A program made the position numbers and the translations under genes. Positions 1-12,200 of a stretch of DNA of 64,000 nucleotides are shown here, piece after piece. Origin of the DNA: Auanema rhodensis. Lineage: Eukaryota; Animalia; Nematoda. The DNA lies in contig OZ059897.1 of NCBI GenBank assembly GCA_964057225.1, positions 4,092,001-4,156,000 of the forward strand, written 5' to 3'. Numbering within the stretch: position 1 is the stretch's first letter; each line of letters starts with the position of its first letter. Under the pieces are notes generated by a model that saw only the letters and a list, made by a program, of their open reading frames with translations, was not told the origin of the DNA and searched no databases.

Positions 1-694
1 TTCGTTGAATAACATTGTCCATCGTCTTCGTCTTGAAAAAAGGAATCTAAAAACATCTACTTTTTGTGAAATTATTTAGAAATTTTTCGGGAAAATTTTT
101 GTCAAAATGTTTTTGGAAGCAATGTTGAGTGTACATGGGAACTCAACATACACTAATGCATTATTTTTCAAACGATCATAACTAATTTTTGTATTAAGCG
201 TTTATCAATGTAGTATAGTGCATTCGATGCGGATTTTTAAGCTGCGTCGATCTGTGTTATCAGATTTGCGCTAGCTTGAAAATGCACCGAGATATCAACT
301 GATATAGGTTCACACTTATATCCTCGATTTTCACCCTGAAGAATTAATTTTTTCGTTGAATAACATTGTTCATCGTCTTTGCCTTGAAAAAAGGAATCTA
401 AAAACATCTACTTTTTGTGAAATTATTTAGAAATTTTTCGGGAAAATTTTTGTCACAATGTTTTTGGAAGCAATGTTGAGTGTACATGGGAACTCAGCAT
501 ACACTAATGCATTATTTTTCAAACGATCATAACTAATTTTTGTATAGAGCGTTTCTCAATGTAGTATAGTGCTGTCGATGCGGATTTTTAAGCTGCGTTG
601 ATCTGTGTTATCAGATTTGAGTTAGCTTAAAAATGCACCGAGATATCAACTGATATATGTTCACGCTTATATCCTCGATTTTCACACTGAAGAA

Positions 695-1045
695 ATGATT
701 TTTTCGTTGAATAACATTGTACATCGTCTTCGTCTTGAAAAAAGGAATCTAAAAACATCTACTTTTTGTGAAATTATTTATAAATTTTTCGGGAAAATTT
801 TTGTCAAAATGTTTTTGGAAGCAATGTTGAGTGTACATGGGAACTCAACATACACTAATGCATTATTTTTCAAACGATCATAACTAATTTTTGTATAGAG
901 CGTTTCTCAATGTAGTATAGTGCTGTCGATGCGGATTTTTAAGCTGCGTTGATCTGTGTTATCAGATTTGAGTTAGCTTAAAAATGCACCGAGATATCAA
1001 CTGATATATGTTCACGCTTATATCCTCGATTTTCACACTGAAGAA
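695..1045. repeat. Representative 351-bp monomer (arbitrary phase starting atgattttttcgttg)
   Basis: Hand count: 50 C + 60 G of 351 (~31% GC) and 12 CpG. The first ~125 bp are rich in A/T tracts. Confidence 0.97.
824..865. other. Dyad cluster in each full monomer: 9-bp inverted repeat ATGTTGAGT-N10-ACTCAACAT plus 10-bp palindrome TAATGCATTA
   Basis: Arms at 824-832 and 843-851 are exact reverse complements. 856-865 is self-complementary. Confidence 0.9.
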
Positions 1046-1219
1046 ATGATTTTTTCGTTGAATAACATTGTACATCGTCTTCGTCTTGAAAAAAGGAATC
1101 TAAAAACATCTACTTTTTGTGAAATTATTTATAAATTTTTCGGGAAAATTTTTGTCAAAATGTTTTTGGAAGCAATGTTGAGTGTACATGGGAACTCAAC
1201 ATACACTAATGCATTATTT

Positions 1220-4200
1220 TTCAAACGATCATAACTAATTTTTGTATAGAGCGTTTCTCAATGTAGTATAGTGCATTCGATGCGGATTTTTAAGCTGCGT
1301 TGATCTGTGTTATCAGATTTGAGTTAGCTTAAAAATGCACCGAGATATCAACTGATATATGTTCACGCTTATATCCTCGATTTTCACACTGAAGAAATGA
1401 TTTTTTCGTTGAATAACATTGTACATCGTCTTCGTCTTGAAAAAAGGAATCTAAAAACATCTACTTTTTGTGAAATTATTTATAAATTTTTCGGGAAAAT
1501 TTTTGTCAAAATGTTTTTGGAAGCAATGTTGAGTGTACATGGGAACTCAACATACACTAATGCATTATTTTTCAAACGATCATAACTAATTTTTGTATAG
1601 AGCGTTTCTCAATGTAGTATAGTGCATTCGATGCGGATTTTTAAGCTGCGTTGATCTGTGTTATCAGATTTGAGTTAGCTTAAAAATGCACCGAGATATC
1701 AACTGATATATGTTCACGCTTATATCCTCGATTTTCACCCTGAAGAAATGATTTTTTCGTTGAATAACATTGTCCATCGTCTTCGTCTTGAAAAAAGGAA
1801 TCTAAAAACATCTACTTTTTGTGAAATTATTTAGAAATTTTTCGGGAAAATTTTTGTCACAATGTTTTTGGAAGCAATGTTAAGTGTACATGGGAACTCA
1901 ACACACACTAATGCAATTTTTTTTCAAACGATCATAACTAATTTTTGTATAGAGCGTTTCTCAATGTAGTATAGTGCATTCGATGCGGATTTTTAAGCTG
2001 CGTCGATCTGTGTTATCAGATTTGCGCTAGCTTGAAAATGCACCGAGATATCAACTGATATAGGTTCACACTTATATCCTCGATTTTCACCCTGAAGAAT
2101 TAATTTTTTCGTTGAATAACATTGTTCATCGTCTTTGCCTTGAAAAAAGGAATCTAAAAACATCTACTTTTTGTGAAATTATTTAGAAATTTTTCGGGAA
2201 AATTTTTGTCACAATGTTTTTGGAAGCAATGTTGAGTGTACATGGGAACTCAGCATACACTAATGCATTATTTTTCAAACGATCATAACTAATTTTTGTA
2301 TAGAGCGTTTCTCAATGTAGTATAGTGCTGTCGATGCGGATTTTTAAGCTGCGTTGATCTGTGTTATCAGATTTGAGTTAGCTTAAAAATGCACCGAGAT
2401 ATCAACTGATATATGTTCACGCTTATATCCTCGATTTTCACACTGAAGAATTGATTTTTTCGTTGAATAACATTGTCCATCGTCTTCGTCTTGAAAAAAG
2501 GAATCTAAAAACATCTACTTTTTGTGAAATTATTTATAAATTTTTCGGGAAAATTTTTGTCAAAATGTTTTTGGAAGCAATGTTGAGTGTACATGGGAAC
2601 TCAACATACACTAATGCATTATTTTTCAAACGATCATAACTAATTTTGGTATAGAGCGTTTCTCAATGTAGTATAGTGCATTCGATGCGGATTTTTAAGC
2701 TGCGTTGATCTGTGTTATCAGATTTGAGTTAGCTTAAAAATGCACCGAGATATCAACTGATATATGTTCACGCTTATATCCTCGATTTTCACCCTGAAGA
2801 AATGATTTTTTCGTTGAATAACATTGTCCATCGTCTTCGTCTTGAAAAAAGGAATCTAAAAACATCTACTTTTTGTGAAATTATTTAGAAATTTTTCGGG
2901 AAAATTTTTGTCAAAATGTTTTTGGAAGCAATGTTGAGTGTACATGGGAACTCAACATACACTAATGCATTATTTTTCAAACGATCATAACTAATTTTTG
3001 TATTAAGCGTTTATCAATGTAGTATAGTGCATTCGATGCGGATTTTTAAGCTGCGTCGATCTGTGTTATCAGATTTGCGCTAGCTTGAAAATGCACCGAG
3101 ATATCAACTGATATAGGTTCACACTTATATCCTCGATTTTCACCCTGAAGAATTAATTTTTTCGTTGAATAACATTGTCCATCGTCTTTGCCTTGAAAAA
3201 AGGAATCTAAAAACATCTACTTTTTGTGAAATTATTCAGAAATTTTTCGGGAAAATTTTTGTCACAATGTTTTTGGAAGCAATGTTGAGTGTACATGGGA
3301 ACTCAGCATACACTAATGCATTATTTTTCAAACGATCATAACTAATTTTTGTATAGAGCGTTTCTCAATGTAGTATAGTGCATTCGATGCGGATTTTTAA
3401 GCTGCGTTGATCTGTGTTATCAGATTTGCGCTAGCTTAAAAATGCACCGAGTAATCAACTGATATAGGTTCACACTTATATCCTCGATTTTCACCCTGAA
3501 GAATTAATTTTTTCGTTGAATAACATTGTCCATCGTCTTTGCCTTGAAAAAAAAAATCTAAAAACATCTACTTTTTGTGAAATTATTCAGAAATTTTTCG
3601 GGAAAATTTTTGTCACAATGTTTTTGGAAGCAATGTTAAGTGTACATGGGAACTCAACACACACTAATGCAATTTTTTTTCAAACGATCATAACTAATTT
3701 TTGTATAGAGCGTTTCTCAATGTAGTATAGTGCATTCGATGCGGATTTTTAAGCTGCGTTGATCTGTGTTATCAGATTTGAGTTAGCTTAAAAATGCACC
3801 GAGATATCAACTGATATATGTTCACGCTTATATCCTCGATTTTCAAACTGAAGAAATGATTTTTTCGTTGAATAACATTGTACATCGTCTTCGTCTTGAA
3901 AAAAGGAATCTAAAAACATCTACTTTTTGTGAAATTATTTATAAATTTTTCGGGAAAATTTTTGTCAAAATGTTTTTGGAAGCAATGTTGAGTGTACATG
4001 GGAACTCAACATACACTAATGCATTATTTTTCAAACGATCATAACTAATTTTTGTATAGAGCGTTTCTCAATGTAGTATAGTGCATTCGATGCGGATTTT
4101 TAAGCTGCGTTGATCTGTGTTATCAGATTTGAGTTAGCTTAAAAATGCACCGAGATATCAACTGATATATGTTCACGCTTATATCCTCGATTTTCACCCT

Positions 4201-6215
4201 GAAGAAATGATTTTTTCGTTGAATAACATTGTCCATCGTCTTCGTCTTGAAAAAAGGAATCTAAAAACATCTACTTTTTGTGAAATTATTTAGAAATTTT
4301 TCGGGAAAATTTTTGTCACAATGTTTTTGGAAGCAATGTTAAGTGTACATGGGAACTCAACACACACTAATGCAATTTTTTTTCAAACGATCATAACTAA
4401 TTTTTGTATAGAGCGTTTCTCAATGTAGTATAGTGCATTCGATGCGGATTTTTAAGCTGCGTCGATCTGTGTTATCAGATTTGCGCTAGCTTGAAAATGC
4501 ACCGAGATATCAACTGATATAGGTTCACACTTATATCCTCGATTTTCACCCTGAAGAATTAATTTTTTCGTTGAATAACATTGTTCATCGTCTTTGCCTT
4601 GAAAAAAGGAATCTAAAAACATCTACTTTTTGTGAAATTATTTAGAAATTTTTCGGGAAAATTTTTGTCACAATGTTTTTGGAAGCAATGTTGAGTGTAC
4701 ATGGGAACTTAGCATACACTAATGCATTATTTTTCAAACGATCATAACTAATTTTTGTATAGAGCGTTTCTCAATGTAGTATAGTGCTGTCGATGCGGAT
4801 TTTTAAGCTGCGTTGATCTGTGTTATCAGATTTGAGTTAGCTTAAAAATGCACCGAGATATCAACTGATATATGTTCACGCTTATATCCTCGATTTTCAC
4901 ACTGAAGAATTGATTTTTTCGTTGAATAACATTGTCCATCGTCTTCGTCTTGAAAAAAGGAATCTAAAAACATCTACTTTTTGTGAAATTATTTATAAAT
5001 TTTTCGGGAAAATTTTTGTCAAAATGTTTTTGGAAGCAATGTTGAGTGTACATGGGAACTCAACATACACTAATGCATTATTTTTCAAACGATCATAACT
5101 AATTTTGGTATAGAGCGTTTCTCAATGTAGTATAGTGCATTCGATGCGGATTTTTAAGCTGCGTTGATCTGTGTTATCAGATTTGAGTTAGCTTAAAAAT
5201 GCACCGAGATATCAACTGATATATGTTCACGCTTATATCCTCGATTTTCACCCTGAAGAAATGATTTTTTCGTTGAATAACATTGTCCATCGTCTTCGTC
5301 TTGAAAAAAGGAATCTAAAAACATCTACTTTTTGTGAAATTATTTAGAAATTTTTCGGGAAAATTTTTGTCAAAATGTTTTTGGAAGCAATGTTGAGTGT
5401 ACATGGGAACTCAACATACACTAATGCATTATTTTTCAAACGATCATAACTAATTTTTGTATTAAGCGTTTATCAATGTAGTATAGTGCATTCGATGCGG
5501 ATTTTTAAGCTGCGTCGATCTGTGTTATCAGATTTGCGCTAGCTTGAAAATGCACCGAGATATCAACTGATATAGGTTCACACTTATATCCTCGATTTTC
5601 ACCCTGAAGAATTAATTTTTTCGTTGAATAACATTGTCCATCGTCTTTGCCTTGAAAAAAGGAATCTAAAAACATCTACTTTTTGTGAAATTATTCAGAA
5701 ATTTTTCGGGAAAATTTTTGTCACAATGTTTTTGGAAGCAATGTTGAGTGTACATGGGAACTCAGCATACACTAATGCATTATTTTTCAAACGATCATAA
5801 CTAATTTTTGTATAGAGCGTTTCTCAATGTAGTATAGTGCATTCGATGCGGATTTTTAAGCTGCGTTGATCTGTGTTATCAGATTTGCGCTAGCTTAAAA
5901 ATGCACCGAGTAATCAACTGATATAGGTTCACACTTATATCCTCGATTTTCACCCTGAAGAATTAATTTTTTCGTTGAATAACATTGTCCATCGTCTTTG
6001 CCTTGAAAAAAAAAATCTAAAAACATCTACTTTTTGTGAAATTATTCAGAAATTTTTCGGGAAAATTTTTGTCACAATGTTTTTGGAAGCAATGTTAAGT
6101 GTACATGGGAACTCAACACACACTAATGCAATTTTTTTTCAAACGATCATAACTAATTTTTGTATAGAGCGTTTCTCAATGTAGTATAGTGCATTCGATG
6201 CGGATTTTTAAGCTG
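1220..6215. repeat. Tandem duplication, 2459-bp period (7 monomers)
   Basis: 1397/3856, 2451/4910 and 3516/5975 all differ by 2459 = 7x351+2. The copies share the private variant aattttggta (~2645, ~5104) and the 352-bp monomers. Edges approximate. Confidence 0.9.
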
Positions 6216-9200
6216 CGTCGATCTGTGTTATCCGATTTGAGTTAGCTTAAAAATGCACCGAGATATCAACTGATATAGGTTCACACTTATATCCTCGATT
6301 TTCACCCTGAAGAATTAATTTTTTCGTTGAAAAACATTGTCCATCGTATTCGTCTTGAAAAAAAGAATCTAAAAACATCTACTTTTTGTGAAATTATTTA
6401 GAAATTTTTCGGGAAAATTTTTGTCAAAATGTTTTTGGAAGCAATGTTGAGTGTACATGGGAACTCAACATACACTAATGCATTATTTTTCAAACGATCA
6501 TAACTAATTTTTGTATAGAGCGTTTCTCATTGTAGTATAGTGCATTCGATGCGGATTTTTAAGCTGCGTTGATCTGTGTTATCAGATTTGAGTTAACTTA
6601 AAAATGCACCGAGATATCAACTGATATAGGTTCACACTTATATCCTCGATTTTCACCCTGAAGAATTAATTTTTTCGTTGAATAACATTGTTCATCGTCT
6701 TTGCCTTGAAAAAAGGAATCTAAAAACATCTACTTTTTGTGAAATTATTTAGAAATTTTTCGGGAAAATTTTTGTCACAATGTTTTTGGAAGCAATGTTG
6801 AGTGTACATGGGAACTCAGCATACACTAATGCATTATTTTTCAAACGATCATAACTAATTTTTGTATAGAGCGTTTCTCAATGTAGTATAGTGCTGTCGA
6901 TGCGGATTTTTAAGCTGCGTTGATCTGTGTTATCAGATTTTAGTTAGCTTAAAAATGCACCGAGATATCAACTGATATATGTTCACGCTTATATCCTCGA
7001 TTTTCACACTGAAGAAATGATTTTTTCGTTGAATAACATTGTCCATCGTCTTCGTCTTGAAAAAAGGAATCTAAAAACATCTACTTTTTGTGAAATTATT
7101 TATAAATTTTTCGGGAAAATTTTTGTCAAAATGTTTTTGGAAGCAATGTTGAGTGTACATGGGAACTCAACATACACTAATGCATTATTTTTCAAACGAT
7201 CATAACTAATTTTTGTATAGAGCGTTTCTCAATGTAGTATAGTGCATTCGATGCGGATTTTTAAGCTGCGTTGATCTGTGTTATCAGATTTGAGTTAGCT
7301 TAAAAATGCACCGAGATATCAACTGATATATGTTCACGCTTATATCCTCGATTTTCACCCTGAAGAAATGATTTTTTCGTTGAATAACATTGTCCATCGT
7401 CTTCGTCTTGAAAAAAGGAATCTAAAAACATCTACTTTTTGTGAAATTATTTAGAAATTTTTCGGGAAAATTTTTGTCAAAATGTTTTTGGAAGCAATGT
7501 TGAGTGTACATGGGAACTCAACATACACTAATGCATTATTTTTCAAACGATCATAACTAATTTTTGTATTAAGCGTTTATCAATGTAGTATAGTGCATTC
7601 GATGCGGATTTTTAAGCTGCGTCGATCTGTGTCATCAGATTTGAGTTAACTTAAAAATGCACCGAGATATCAACTGATATATGTTCACACTTATATCCTC
7701 GATTTTCACCCTGAAGAAATGATTTTTTCGTTGAAAAACATTGTCCATCGTATTGGTCTTGAAAAAAGGAATCTAAAAACATCTACTTTTTGTGAAATTA
7801 TTTAGAAATTTTTCGGGAAAATTTTTGTCAAAATGTTTTTGGAAGCAATGTTGAGTGTACATGGGAACTCAACATACACTAATGCATTATTTTTCAAACG
7901 ATCATAACTAATTTTTGTATAGAGCGTTTCTCATTGTAGTATAGTGCATTCGATGCGGATTTTTAAGCTGCGTTGATCTGTGTTATCAGATTTGAGTTAA
8001 CTTAAAAATGCACCGAGATATCAACTGATATAGGTTCACACATATATCCTCGATTTTCACCCTGAAGAAAAGATTTTTTCGTTGAAAAACATTGTCCATC
8101 GTCTTCGTCTTGAAAAAAGGTATCTAAAAACATCTACTTTTTGTGAAATTATTCAGAAATTTTTCGGGAAAATTTTTGTCAAAATGTTTTTGGAAGCAAT
8201 GTTGAGTGTACATGGGAACTCAACATACACTAATGCATTATTTTTCAAACGATCATAACTAATTTTTGTATGGAGCGTTTCTCAATGTAGTATAGTGCAT
8301 TCGATGCGGATTTTTAAGCTGCGTTGATCTGTGTTATCAGATTTGCGCTAGCTTAAAAATGCACCGAGTAATCAACTGATATAGGTTCACACTTATATCC
8401 TCGATTTTCACCCTGAAGAATTAATTTTTTCGTTGAATAACATTGTCCATCGTCTTTGCCTTGAAAAAAGAAATCTAAAAACTCCTACTTTTTGTGAAAT
8501 TATTTAGAAATTTTTCGGGAAAATTTTTGTCACAATGTTTTTGGAAGCAATGTTGAGTGTACATGGGAACTCAGCATACACTAATGCATTATTTTTCAAA
8601 CGATCATAACTAATTTTTGTATGGAGCGTTTTTCAATGTAGTATAGTGCATTCGATGCGGATTTTTAAGCTGCGTTGATCTGTGTTATCAGATTTGCGCT
8701 AGCTTAAAAATGCACCGAGTAATCAACTGATATAGGTTCACACTTATATCCTCGATTTTCACCCTGAAGAATTAATTTTTTCGTTGAATAACATTGTCCA
8801 TCGTCTTTGCCTTGAAAAAAAAATCTAAAAACTCCTACTTTTTGTGAAATTATTTAGAAATTTTTCGGGAAAATTTTTGTCACAATGTTTTTGGAAGCAA
8901 TGTTGAGTGTACATGGGAACTCAGCATACACTAATGCATTATTTTTCAAACGATCATAACTAATTTTTGTATAGAGCGTTTCTCAATGTAGTATAGTGCA
9001 TTCGATGCGGATTTTTAAGCTGCGTCGATCTGTGTTATCAGATTTGAGTTAGCTTGAAAATGCACCGAGATATCAACTGATATATGTTCACACTTATATC
9101 CTCGATTTTCACCCTGAAGAAATGATTTTTTCGTTGAAAAACATTGTCCATCGTATTCGTCTTGAAAAAAGGAATCTAAAAACATCTACTTTTTGTGAAA

Positions 9201-12200
9201 TTATTTAGAAATTTTTCGGGAAAATTTTTGTCAAAATGTTTTTGGAAGCAATGTTGAGTGTACATGGGAACTCAACATACACTAATGCATTATTTTTCAA
9301 ACGATCATAACTAATTTTTGTATAGAGCGTTTCTCAATGTAGTATAGTGCATTCGATGCGGATTTTTAAGCTGCGTTGATCTGTGTTATCAGATTTGAGT
9401 TAACTTAAAAATGCACCGAGATATCAACTGATATAGGTTCACACTTATATCCTCGATTTTCACCCTGAAGAATTAATTTTTTCGTTGAATAACATTGTCC
9501 ATCGTCTTCGTCTTGAAAAAAGGTATCTAAAAACATCTACTTTTTGTGAAATTATTCAGAAATTTTTCGGGAAAATTTTTGTCAAAATGTTTTTGGAAGC
9601 AATGTTGAGTGTACATGGGAACTCAACATACACTAATGCATTATTTTTCAAACGATCATAACTAATTTTTGTATGGAGCGTTTCTCAATGTAGTATAGTG
9701 CATTCGATGCGGATTTTTAAGCTGCGTTGATCTGTGTTATCAGATTTGCGCTAGCTTAAAAATGCACCGAGTAATCAACTGATATAGGTTCACACTTATA
9801 TCCTCGATTTTCACCCTGAAGAATTAATTTTTTCGTTGAATAACATTGTCCATCGTCTTTGCCTTGAAAAAAGAAATCTAAAAACTCCTACTTTTTGTGA
9901 AATTATTTAGAAATTTTTCGGGAAAATTTTTGTCACAATGTTTTTGGAAGCAATGTTGAGTGTACATGGGAACTCAGCATACACTAATGCATTATTTTTC
10001 AAACGATCATAACTAATTTTTGTATGGAGCGTTTTTCAATGTAGTATAGTGCATTCGATGCGGATTTTTAAGCTGCGTTGATCTGTGTTATCAGATTTGC
10101 GCTAGCTTAAAAATGCACCGAGTAATCAACTGATATAGGTTCACACTTATATCCTCGATTTTCACCCTGAAGAATTAATTTTTTCGTTGAATAACATTGT
10201 CCATCGTCTTTGCCTTGAAAAAAAAATCTAAAAACTCCTACTTTTTGTGAAATTATTTAGAAATTTTTCGGGAAAATTTTTGTCACAATGTTTTTGGAAG
10301 CAATGTTGAGTGTACATGGGAACTCAGCATACACTAATGCATTATTTTTCAAACGATCATAACTAATTTTTGTATGGAGCGTTTCTCAATGTAGTATAGT
10401 GCATTCGATGCGGAGTTTTAAGCTGCGTTGATCTGTGTTATCAGATTTGCGCTAGCTTAAAAATGCACCGAGTAATCAACTGATATAAGTTCACACTTAT
10501 ATCCTCGATTTTCACCCTGAAGAATTAATTTTTTCGTTGAATAACATTGTCCATCGTCTTTGCCTTGAAAAAAAAATCTAAAAACTCCTACTTTTTGTGA
10601 AATTATTTAGAAATTTTTCGGGAAAATTTTTGTCACAATGTTTTTGGAAGCAATGTTGAGTGTACATGGGAACTCAGCATACACTAATGCATTATTTTTC
10701 AAACGATCATAACTAATTTTTGTATAGAGCGTTTCTCAATGTAGTATAGTGCATTCGATGCGGATTTTTAAGCTGCGTCGATCTGTGTTATCAGATTTGA
10801 GTTAGCTTGAAAATGCACCGAGATATCAACTGATATATGTTCACACTTATATCCTCGATTTTCACCCTGAAGAAATGATTTTTTCGTTGAAAAACATTGT
10901 CCATCGTATTCGTCTTGAAAAAAGGAATCTAAAAACATCTACTTTTTGTGAAATTATTTAGAAATTTTTCGGGAAAATTTTTGTCAAAATGTTTTTGGAA
11001 GCAATGTTGAGTGTACATGGGAACTCAACATACACTAATGCATTATTTTTCAAACGATCATAACTAATTTTTGTATAGAGCGTTTCTCAATGTAGTATAG
11101 TGCATTCGATGCGGATTTTTAAGCTGCGTTGATCTGTGTTATCAGATTTGAGTTAACTTAAAAATGCACCGAGATATCAACTGATATAGGTTCACACTTA
11201 TATCCTCGATTTTCACCCTGAAGAATTAATTTTTTCGTTGAATAACATTGTCCATCGTCTTTGCCTTGAAAAAAGAAATCTAAAAACTCCTACTTTTTGT
11301 GAAATTATTTAGAAATTTTTCGGGAAAATTTTTGTCACAATGTTTTTGGAAGCAATGTTGAGTGTACATGGGAACTCAGCATACACTAATGCATTATTTT
11401 TCAAACGATCATAACTAATTTTTGTATGGAGCGTTTTTCAATGTAGTATAGTGCATTCGATGCGGATTTTTAAGCTGCGTTGATCTGTGTTATCAGATTT
11501 GCGCTAGCTTAAAAATGCACCGAGTAATCAACTGATATAGGTTCACACTTATATCCTCGATTTTCACCCTGAAGAATTAATTTTTTCGTTGAATAACATT
11601 GTCCATCGTCTTTGCCTTGAAAAAAAAAATCTAAAAACTCCTACTTTTCGTGAAATTATTTAGAAATTTTTCGGGAAAATTTTTGTCACAATGTTTTTGG
11701 AAGCAATGTTGAGTGTACATGGGAACTCAACATACACTAATGCATTATTTTTCAAACGATCATAACTAATTTTTGTATGGAGCGTTTCTCAATGTAGTAT
11801 AGTGCATTCGATGCGGATTTTTAAGCTGCGTTGATCTGTGTTATCAGATTTGAGTTAACTTAAAAATGCACCGAGATATCAACTGATATAGGTTCACACA
11901 TATATCCTCGATTTTCACCCTGAAGAAAAGATTTTTTCGTTGAAAAACATTGTCCATCGTCTTTGTCTTGAAAAAAGGAATCTAAAAACATCTACTTTTT
12001 GTGAAATTATTCAGAAATTTTTCGGGAAAATTTTTGTCAAAATGTTTTTGGAAGCAATGTTGAGTGTACATGGGAACTCAACATACACTAATGCATTATT
12101 TTTCAAACGATCATAACTAATTTTTGTATGGAGCGTTTCTCAATGTAGTATAGTGCATTCGATGCGGATTTTTAAGCTGCGTTGATCTGTGTTATCAGAT

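Noticed and set aside
824-860. Helitron 3' end (hairpin followed by CTRR) or MITE origin of the monomer
   Set aside because: The hairpin is AT-rich and CTAA lies only 3 nt after it. No terminal inverted repeats, target-site duplications or flanks are visible to test the idea.
695-1045. Monomer as an ancient dimer of ~175-bp halves
   Set aside because: By eye there is only weak similarity (atttttc...ataac), which is expected in AT-rich DNA. A self-alignment against shuffled controls would be needed.
695-1045. Tandem 5S rRNA, tRNA, snRNA or spliced-leader gene unit
   Set aside because: No 5S, cloverleaf, pol III A/B box or spliced-leader motif was recognised on either strand.
7726-7742. CENP-B box-like TTTCGTTGAAAAACATT
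   Set aside because: It matches the first part of the canonical YTTCGTTGGAARCGGGA but lacks the essential CGGG. The monomer's only CGGG is ~85 bp away.
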